From the NCBI GenBank assembly GCA_043808705.1, contig JAZDEO010000005.1:1-56778 (forward strand): a stretch of DNA of 56,778 bases, in the 5' to 3' direction. Positions 38,449-46,453 of the stretch are shown piece after piece. The stretch is from an archaeon (lineage in GTDB: Archaea > Nanobdellota > Nanobdellia > SCGC-AAA011-G17 > GW2011-AR20). The notes beneath the pieces are model-generated. The model was not told where the DNA came from. It was given only the letters and a program-made list of their open reading frames with translations, and searched no databases. Both the position numbers and the translations under genes were made by a program. Numbering within the stretch: the stretch's first letter is position 1; every line of letters begins with the position of its first letter.

Positions 38449-39717
38449 TTAAAATTTACTTTCTAAAAGCCATTTCCATAAAGGTATAAATTTTATTTTC
38501 TTGTTGTTTATTATAATCTCTTCATACTTTCCATTATAAATTACAAGACCTTCTTTTATATTATATCTTTTTAAGAAATATATCATATTTTTAAGTTCAT
38601 TCTTTGTTATTTCATTTTTATTTTTAACCTCAATACATATAATATCTTTCTTATCTACTATCAAAAAATCTATTTCTTTACCCTCCTTTCTCCAATAATA
38701 CTTTGCATTTATAGAACTACTAACAATATTTTCCATTATTTTATCATAATTGTCAGAATAACAAGATGCTAAAGACCACCAATTTGCATATATCCTTTGC
38801 ATTTTTCTTGATGCAACAAAAACATTTACCCTAAAATTCCTTATCCTGTTAATGAGGTAAGAAAATTCTAAATAAAATATATGCTTAACTAATGTTTTTT
38901 TGCTTATCCTTAATTTTTTTGAAAGACCATCATAATCAATATACATTCCTGGTTCGCTATAAAATATTTCTATCAAATTTAAAAGTAAATCCTTATTAAC
39001 ATTTTTAAACCTATCAGGGATATCTTCTTTTAACACTTTATCAATTATAGTGCTTTTTAAATAATCTTTAATTAATGGTTTATCTTCCCAATCTATTATT
39101 TCGGGAAAACTTTTTAATAAATAATTTTGAAACTCTTTTTTAATCTCTTTTTCCCATAGATTTATGTTATCTAAAAACTTGCTTTTACCTCTTAATTCCA
39201 AATACTCGATAAAACTTAAAGGTTTTATATTTACAATAAAATACCTTCCAGCAAGGTTTTTTATTGCCTCTTCTTCTAATCTAACGCTGCTTGAGGATGA
39301 AATTAAAAATTTTATGTTAGGAAAAGCATCATAAATTAATTTAATCTTATCTGCCCATTCACTAAGTTTTACTATTTCATCTAAAAAAACAAAAACTTTC
39401 TCTTTCTTCCAATTAATATTTGTTGATTCCTCATACTTATTAAGGATTTCAGTTAACTCTTTAACCCTCTTATCAAAATTAAAGTAAAGAATATGTCTAG
39501 GTTCTATCTTTTTTAATAAATGCTCAATTACTTGATAAAGCAAAACTGTTTTTCCAACCCTTCTTAATCCTGATAATATAATTATATTTCTATATTTTGT
39601 TAAATCTATAATATGGGCAAAAGATTTTCTTTTGTAAGGTTTTGCAAGTTCCTTGTTAATACTATTCTCTTTCCACCAAGGATTAAGTAATTCTGTTATT
39701 TCCTTTATGTCTTCCAT
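38449..39717 (-). CDS. AAA+ ATPase (AAA_14) with wHTH and DUF4143 PD-(D/E)xK-like domain
   Basis: NPWW, GLRRVGKT, LDEI, LAGR, EIDF...EVK. Confidence 0.85.
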   Translation of the reverse strand: MEDIKEITELLNPWWKENSINKELAKPYKRKSFAHIIDLTKYRNIIILSGLRRVGKTVLLYQVIEHLLKKIEPRHILYFNFDKRVKELTEILNKYEESTNINWKKEKVFVFLDEIVKLSEWADKIKLIYDAFPNIKFLISSSSSVRLEEEAIKNLAGRYFIVNIKPLSFIEYLELRGKSKFLDNINLWEKEIKKEFQNYLLKSFPEIIDWEDKPLIKDYLKSTIIDKVLKEDIPDRFKNVNKDLLLNLIEIFYSEPGMYIDYDGLSKKLRISKKTLVKHIFYLEFSYLINRIRNFRVNVFVASRKMQRIYANWWSLASCYSDNYDKIMENIVSSSINAKYYWRKEGKEIDFLIVDKKDIICIEVKNKNEITKNELKNMIYFLKRYNIKEGLVIYNGKYEEIIINNKKIKFIPLWKWLLESKF

Positions 39718-39729
39718 AAGGGTACAATA

Positions 39730-39772
39730 GGAAACTAATATATAAGCTTTTCGTTTCCAAATGGAAACTAAT
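39730..39772. promoter_or_regulatory. Repeats flanking the TATA box of the AAA-DUF4143 gene
   Basis: GGAAACTAAT direct repeat (39730-39739, 39763-39772) and inverted repeat GTTTCCA-AA-TGGAAAC (39753-39768). Confidence 0.55.
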
Positions 39773-39774
39773 GT

Positions 39775-42696
39775 TTAGCTACTTCCTTGTTGATTTACAG
39801 GCTCCATATAAGGATTCATAACAACATTAAACCCATAATAATCTTCTAAATTTCCTTGCATAGTTCCTATAACTTGACCATTTCCATTTAATAAAGCAGC
39901 ATATACTCTATAATTTCCTGTTTGATTAATCATAACATTATAGGGATTCCATATAGTATCTAAAGCCAGATAAGAATTTCCCTGAATAGTTCTTATTGTT
40001 CCTGTTTGTAAATCATTAACAACAACTTGATAATCCTGCCATACCCCATTAATATTTTTCTGTATCTTCATTAACAAGTAGCCCTGTATTACATAAGAGC
40101 CAGTATTCTGTATTTTAGATTTGGGCAGTACATTAATATTAACCGTATTTGAAAATAATACATTTTCTGGCTCTATTATCTTTACTGTTGCATTATAATT
40201 CCCCTCATTTTGATATACATGAGCCATATAAGTTTGGGTTGTTAATCCACTATTGTTATTATCACCAAAATACCATATAAATTGTGTCCCTATTAAAAAA
40301 TCACCATTTAAATTAAATAAAACAGTTAATGGAGCTACTCCAGATGTTTGATTAGCTGTTAATATGTATTGTGGTGATTGTATATACCCTCTCTGATAAA
40401 AACCAGTGTGCTCTTTATCATAATGGAACAAGGGCCATTCTATTCCTCCAGAAAGATTTAAATCATAAGATATGAGTTTTCTATCATCGGTAGAGGTTAT
40501 AATCTCAAGATCACCATCACCTGCTAAATCAGTAATAACGGGATTTTCATGAGCGTATCCAAAACCATAAGAAGTTAAAGAATTTAACTCTAGAATAACT
40601 TCTGCATTATAATTAATAGCATAAATCTTCCCAGCAGATGTGCTTATGACAATATCATCTATTCCGTCTTCATCTATGTCAGCAATAATGGGTTGATCAG
40701 CGCTAAAATCCTCATTTTGGATGCTGTAAAAAGATTTGGGAAAATTAGGTAATAAATTTCCATTACTATCTAGTGCATAAACAGCCAACATATTTGGAAC
40801 AACGACTAAACTTACAATTATTTCTAGATTACCATCTCCATTTATATCACCAACAACAGGAGAAGAAGCATCAAAAAACATACCGCCTAAACCATATCCA
40901 AAAGGTGGTATAGGATCTGATATAGAGGTATTGTCAAAGAGAACTGGAAAACCTTCAACCATTTCTCCATTATGATGGCAAGCAACTATCTCCAAGGTTT
41001 CAGGTAAAACCCAATCAGGCACACCAGATATGTATAAACTGGATAATATCTCTAAATCCCCATCATTATCCAAGTCTACCAATGTTGCTTCATTTCTATT
41101 ATACATACCAAATATACTTATATAATCATAATCAAATTTATGCCACTCTTGCTCTGTATAATTAACTCCCTCTTGAATATATGGAATGGTACAGAATTTT
41201 TTATACTCATTATTAAAGATATCATTCTTTGTTAATATATCATGAAATTTAACTTCAAAAGTTCCATAAGGGGTCTCATAAATTCTTGTTGTAGAGTTAT
41301 AACTAAAAATAGTCCTAACAATTTCTTTATTTATATCATTATTTATATCCCCGACTGATGATTCTCGTAAGTATGATATCCATAATGGTGGAGCTAATTT
41401 AGGAAAACCACCAACTAGACTACCATCTATATTAAATGCATATAATTTAGCAGATTCTACAACACTAAAAGAATAAAATTGGCTATAATTAGCTAATATA
41501 ATCTGACTTGTAATATTAGTGATATTAAAATATTGAAATAAATTTCTAAACAAAACAATCTCCAAGGAATTATCATTATCCATATTAGCTAATGATAAAC
41601 TTCCTGAAGAACTAATAGTAATTGGCCAATTATCAATTAAATTACCTTGATAATCCCAAACATATAATTTCTGGATTAAAGTATTAGTTGCACTAATACC
41701 ACAGTATACATTACATCTAGATTCACAATCATCATACTCTTCACTAGTATTTATATAATATAACCCACATAAATTAAGACAATTATTATTACAATTCTCT
41801 TCAAGTGTGTCATTAAAATAAAGACCTTCAGAAACAACAATCTCTAAATAACCATCATTATTTAAATCACCTAAAGAAAGTGATGCCGGCATAACAACTA
41901 AATTTTTTGGCCAGCCATTTAAAATATTCCCTTGATAATCAAAGAAAAAAACTCTAGGTGGATCATCTAAGAAAGTAGCTATAGCAATTTCTTGTTTACC
42001 ATCGTTATTAATATCCCCAGCATTAATAGGTATTATATGAGCTACCTGGGAATTTATAGGCATGTTTACAGACCACTGTTCGTCAATATCATCGACTATT
42101 TGGTTATTCTCTATATTTATACCAATAACCTTTCTATTAAAAACATCTACAATACTCTCAATCAAATTGCTAAAAAATCCCCCACTATTTTCTAAAGGAG
42201 GATCCGTCAATTCAATAGGCTCATTAACATAATAATTTTGTTTTAAAGTAGCCAAGCTTAAGTATCCATTTAAAACAGGAGCAGGAACCTGATCTATGCT
42301 ATTCTCTTGTGTTATTATTATCGATTGTGGTTGTTGTTTTTGTATTATAATATTAGTACCCTGAGTTTGTATATTTTCTATATCATTTTGAATCTGTTCA
42401 GAACTTATTACAGGTATTTCTTGTACTGATTGTTGAATTCCTTGTTGACTGGAAACATCACTTACAGGACTAACGGGACCGCTAACAGGATTTATTGGGA
42501 CATTCTGACTTATTTTAATGGTTTCAACAGGTTCAATTCCTGCATCTCTAACATTTATCCCTACTGTATCCTTATGAAATAGATTATACAAAAAATCCTT
42601 TATTGAAAAAGTCGTTAAAGAATCTTTAATAGAGAAGGCATAGACACTTGTTGTTAATAAAACTAGAACAAATAAAATAAACACCGCTTTTTTCAT
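39775..42696 (-). CDS. Secreted FG-GAP/VCBS repeat + PKD surface protein
   Basis: Signal peptide, many GD(I/L)NNDG-x2-EI repeats, WPLFHYDKEHTG, PKD (WYFGD...H.Y...G.Y). Confidence 0.85.
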   Translation of the reverse strand: MKKAVFILFVLVLLTTSVYAFSIKDSLTTFSIKDFLYNLFHKDTVGINVRDAGIEPVETIKISQNVPINPVSGPVSPVSDVSSQQGIQQSVQEIPVISSEQIQNDIENIQTQGTNIIIQKQQPQSIIITQENSIDQVPAPVLNGYLSLATLKQNYYVNEPIELTDPPLENSGGFFSNLIESIVDVFNRKVIGINIENNQIVDDIDEQWSVNMPINSQVAHIIPINAGDINNDGKQEIAIATFLDDPPRVFFFDYQGNILNGWPKNLVVMPASLSLGDLNNDGYLEIVVSEGLYFNDTLEENCNNNCLNLCGLYYINTSEEYDDCESRCNVYCGISATNTLIQKLYVWDYQGNLIDNWPITISSSGSLSLANMDNDNSLEIVLFRNLFQYFNITNITSQIILANYSQFYSFSVVESAKLYAFNIDGSLVGGFPKLAPPLWISYLRESSVGDINNDINKEIVRTIFSYNSTTRIYETPYGTFEVKFHDILTKNDIFNNEYKKFCTIPYIQEGVNYTEQEWHKFDYDYISIFGMYNRNEATLVDLDNDGDLEILSSLYISGVPDWVLPETLEIVACHHNGEMVEGFPVLFDNTSISDPIPPFGYGLGGMFFDASSPVVGDINGDGNLEIIVSLVVVPNMLAVYALDSNGNLLPNFPKSFYSIQNEDFSADQPIIADIDEDGIDDIVISTSAGKIYAINYNAEVILELNSLTSYGFGYAHENPVITDLAGDGDLEIITSTDDRKLISYDLNLSGGIEWPLFHYDKEHTGFYQRGYIQSPQYILTANQTSGVAPLTVLFNLNGDFLIGTQFIWYFGDNNNSGLTTQTYMAHVYQNEGNYNATVKIIEPENVLFSNTVNINVLPKSKIQNTGSYVIQGYLLMKIQKNINGVWQDYQVVVNDLQTGTIRTIQGNSYLALDTIWNPYNVMINQTGNYRVYAALLNGNGQVIGTMQGNLEDYYGFNVVMNPYMEPVNQQGSS

Positions 42697-42739
42697 ATAA
42701 AAAATAAAAGAATCACTAATATTTAATCCTTAGCTTTTT

Positions 42740-43321
42740 TTAGTTTTTTCCTCTTTTACCATGTGCTGCTAAACTTGGCCTATTCTTCTCGTAACCCTTC
42801 CCTTTTCCTCTAAGTCCTCTTGATTTTCTAGCTGCACTAGTCAATCCTCTAAAAACTCTTCCTCTATGTTGAGAAGAAGCAATCCATTTGACATCTTTAT
42901 CTGATTTAATAGAAGGATGGTTTTTATCTACAAGAATAACTTCAAAGAAATAATTCATGCCGTCTTTACCAATTTTATAACTATTCATGACTTCACAATT
43001 AGGAAATCTTCTTGCTGCTCTCTCTTCAGCAATCCATTGATAATTTTTTCCAACAACCTTTTTTCTTCTTGCATTCCTTGTTTTCCTACCTTTCTTTATC
43101 TGTGGCCTTTGTCTTCCAGCTCTTAATAATTTAACTCTAGCAACTACAAAGCCTTGTTTATCTTTATATCCTAAAGCCCTAGCTCTATCTATTCTTAAAG
43201 GCTTATCAACCCTAGTAACAGAATCAGAAGTTCTCCACTCTATTAATCTATTCTTAATAATCTCTCTTAATTCCTGATTAGGATTTCTATACAGTTTTTT
43301 AATATATTTTAAATATCCCAT
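42740..43321 (-). CDS. rpl15e: 50S ribosomal protein L15e
   Basis: RARALGYKDKQG, QWIAEERA, EVILVD, GRVFRGLTSA. Confidence 0.97.
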   Translation of the reverse strand: MGYLKYIKKLYRNPNQELREIIKNRLIEWRTSDSVTRVDKPLRIDRARALGYKDKQGFVVARVKLLRAGRQRPQIKKGRKTRNARRKKVVGKNYQWIAEERAARRFPNCEVMNSYKIGKDGMNYFFEVILVDKNHPSIKSDKDVKWIASSQHRGRVFRGLTSAARKSRGLRGKGKGYEKNRPSLAAHGKRGKN

Positions 43322-43493
43322 TTTAGATTTTGGATTTTAACCCAACATTTCTTAAATTTATTAAGTTTGTTAAAAAAATAATGTTTAAAAGCTTTTCTAA
43401 AGCACTTTTTAATCAATTATGATAATTTTAATAGTTATATCAATAGTTTTATATAACTAAATATTTACATTAATTAAAAATTAAGAGGTAAAT

Positions 43494-46064
43494 ATGAATT
43501 ATCATTCTTTAAAGATAGACCATTTATTTAGAGAATTAAATTCCTCTAAACAAGGTTTAACAGAACAAGAAGCAAATTTAAGATTAGAAAAATATGGTCT
43601 AAACGAGATAAAAGAAGAGAAAAAATTTTTAGCTCTTAAAATATTCTTTAAGCAATTTGATAGTTTTTTAGTCTATTTATTATTGGCATCATCCTTAATA
43701 CTTTACTTAATAAGTTTTTACTCAAATGAATCAAGAATTATTGATGCATCTTTAATATTGATTATAGTTTTTATTAATTCTATTTTTGGTTTTATCCAGG
43801 ATTATAAAGCAGAAAAAAGTATTAAGGCATTAAAGAAATTAACAAGCAAGAAGACAATAGTCATAAGATCAGGAAAAGAACAAGAAATTGATTCAAAAAA
43901 TATAGTTCTCGGAGATATTATAATAGTACAAGAAGGGGACTATATACCAGCAGATTCTAGATTAATTGAGATTAATGATTTCAGAGTAGATGAATCTATT
44001 CTTACAGGAGAAAGCAAGGATATTGAAAAAGAAATCTCCGTATTAAATGAAAAAACAGTATTAGCTGAAAGAAGAAACATGATTTATTCTGGAACTCTAG
44101 TAACAAAAGGAAAAGCTAAAGCATTAGTTATTGGAACAAGCTTGAATACAGAAGAAGGAAAAATAGCAAAACAACTACAAGAAACTAAAGAAACAACAAC
44201 AGTATTTGAAAAAGAAATAAGCTTACTAGGGAAAAAAATTGGATTCTGGATTATTTTAATAATAGTTTCTATGTTTGTAATATTGAGTGCATTTAGCACA
44301 GAAAAGATATTTGATATATTTATTACATCTGTTGCATTAGCTGTTGCAGCAATACCAGAGGGATTGCCTGCAGTAGTTACATTATCTCTAGCTTTAAGTA
44401 CAAAGATATTAGCCAAGAAAAACAGCTTAATAAGAAGATTATCTATAATAGAAAGCTTAGGTTCTGTAGATGTAATATGCGTTGATAAAACAGGAACCTT
44501 AACAGAAAACTCTATGAAAATAACACAAGCATATTTTAATAATACAGTATATAATGAAAATAATCTAAACTCAAAAGAAATTAGGCCTTTATTAAGAGCC
44601 AGCTTATTGACAAACTCAGCATTCTTCAATGTTAATTATTTCGGTGATCCAACAGAAATTGCCTTATTAAAAACATGTTATGAAAATAAGCTAAATAAAG
44701 AATCCATAAAAGATTATAAAAAAATAAATGAAATTCTGTTTACATCTCAGAGAAAAAGAAAAACATTTTTGTACCAATATAAAAACAGATATTACGCTTT
44801 TATGGAGGCCTCTGTAGAAATTAGTTTAGAAAGATGTTCTCATATCTTATTAAATAAAAAAAGAGTAAAGCTTAATGATAAACTAAAAAGAACGATTCTT
44901 GAAAAGAATAAAAAATTTGCATCACAAGGATTAAGAGTAATAGGGTTTTCTTATAAAGAATCTAGTTTGAAAGATAAAGACATAGAACAAGATCATGTTT
45001 TCTTGGGATTAGAGGCAATGGAAGATCCCCCAAGAAAAGGAGTAAAAGAATCCATCCAGTTATGCAAAGAAGCAGGCATAAGAGTAATAATGATTACTGG
45101 AGATAATTTAATTACAGCTAATGCTATAGCCAAACAAATTAATCTTGAAGGTTATTCTATTGAAGGAAAAGATCTAGACAGTATGTCTGATCTAGAACTA
45201 AAAAATATAATAGACAATTATTCAATATTTGCTAGAACAGCACCAGACCATAAAGTAAAAATCCTAAAGACATTACAAAACAAAGGCTATATAGTAGCAA
45301 TGACAGGAGATGGCATAAATGACGCTCCAGCCTTAAAAAATGCAGATATAGGAATATCTATGAACATTAAAGGAACAGATGTAGCAAAACAGACATCAGA
45401 TATTATATTATTGGATGATAACTTTAACACAATAGTAGAATCAATAAAACAAGGAAGAACTATATTTAATAATATTAGAAAGTTTATAACATATTTATTG
45501 ACATGCAATCTAGCAGAAGTCTTTGTTGTATTCTTTTTATCATTATTTGGTTTTCTTCCAGTAACTGCAGCACAACTGCTTTGGATTAATTTTGTAACAG
45601 ACGGATTTCCTGCTCTATCTTTAAGCTTAGACAAATCCCATAAAAATATAATGAAAGAAAAACCAAGAAATAAAAAAGACCCAATAATAAACAAAAAATT
45701 AAGTTCTTTAATATTTGGTATTGGTATTCAAAATTCAATATTAATCATAATATTATTTTTTATAAGTTTGTATTTATGGGATATAAAAGTAGCAGGAACT
45801 CTAGTTTTTTTAGCTTTCATACTCTATGAATTCTTAGTTATTATAGCTATAAGAAGAAAAGAAAATCTAGAATTTTTCTCAAATAAATGGTTGATAATTG
45901 CCTTATCTTTATCATTTATACTTCAATTAATAATAATTTACAGCCCATTAAGAGAATTATTTAAACTATCTTCATTGAACATAGTTCATTGGTTAATATT
46001 AACCATAGGTTTATGTATATCCTGGATATCAACAATGATAATAATCAAATATTTTGATTTTTAA
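43494..46064 (+). CDS. P-type cation ATPase (type IIA, Ca2+-like)
   Basis: TGES, PEGL, DKTGTLT, DPPR, TGDN, TGDGINDAPALK, WINFVTDG. Confidence 0.93.
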   Translation: MNYHSLKIDHLFRELNSSKQGLTEQEANLRLEKYGLNEIKEEKKFLALKIFFKQFDSFLVYLLLASSLILYLISFYSNESRIIDASLILIIVFINSIFGFIQDYKAEKSIKALKKLTSKKTIVIRSGKEQEIDSKNIVLGDIIIVQEGDYIPADSRLIEINDFRVDESILTGESKDIEKEISVLNEKTVLAERRNMIYSGTLVTKGKAKALVIGTSLNTEEGKIAKQLQETKETTTVFEKEISLLGKKIGFWIILIIVSMFVILSAFSTEKIFDIFITSVALAVAAIPEGLPAVVTLSLALSTKILAKKNSLIRRLSIIESLGSVDVICVDKTGTLTENSMKITQAYFNNTVYNENNLNSKEIRPLLRASLLTNSAFFNVNYFGDPTEIALLKTCYENKLNKESIKDYKKINEILFTSQRKRKTFLYQYKNRYYAFMEASVEISLERCSHILLNKKRVKLNDKLKRTILEKNKKFASQGLRVIGFSYKESSLKDKDIEQDHVFLGLEAMEDPPRKGVKESIQLCKEAGIRVIMITGDNLITANAIAKQINLEGYSIEGKDLDSMSDLELKNIIDNYSIFARTAPDHKVKILKTLQNKGYIVAMTGDGINDAPALKNADIGISMNIKGTDVAKQTSDIILLDDNFNTIVESIKQGRTIFNNIRKFITYLLTCNLAEVFVVFFLSLFGFLPVTAAQLLWINFVTDGFPALSLSLDKSHKNIMKEKPRNKKDPIINKKLSSLIFGIGIQNSILIIILFFISLYLWDIKVAGTLVFLAFILYEFLVIIAIRRKENLEFFSNKWLIIALSLSFILQLIIIYSPLRELFKLSSLNIVHWLILTIGLCISWISTMIIIKYFDF

Positions 46065-46072
46065 ATTATAAG

Positions 46073-46429
46073 TTAATTCTTAACATTTATTCTAACAGCC
46101 ATAATCTCGCTATAATTTGTTCCATCAAAACCTCTTAGATAAATAACATGACCTCCATTATCAAAGTTGTTTGTATTTAAATTATAATACCATTCATCAA
46201 CACCATTAACCTTCTTCCATCCGTTTGTATCTATTTGTATCTCAACATACTGCATATCTTTAGATAAACCTCTAACAATTATCTTATCAGAAACAAACTG
46301 CTTATCAATAGGATAAAATATTGTAATATCTTCATTAATCCTAGCAGCTACCTCTTGTTTATTATAACTACAAGAATTTAAAAAAAGAATCAATATAAAC
46401 AACATTAACAGTTTTCTCATATTAATCAT
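46073..46429 (-). CDS. Putative lipoprotein with Ig-like domain
   Basis: LNSC lipobox; beta-rich domain with NGGHVIYLRG. Confidence 0.7.
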   Translation of the reverse strand: MINMRKLLMLFILILFLNSCSYNKQEVAARINEDITIFYPIDKQFVSDKIIVRGLSKDMQYVEIQIDTNGWKKVNGVDEWYYNLNTNNFDNGGHVIYLRGFDGTNYSEIMAVRINVKN

Positions 46430-46453
46430 ACTAAGTATAAGTTAAATATCTTT

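Noticed and set aside
44084-45694. Long antisense ORFs (e.g. 44084-44629, 45287-45694, 3704-4039, 6452-6769, 20803-21123, 23013-23345, 26043-26357, 28452-29244)
   Set aside because: They lie opposite well-supported genes and have the F/I/L/S-rich composition expected of shadow frames in AT-rich DNA.
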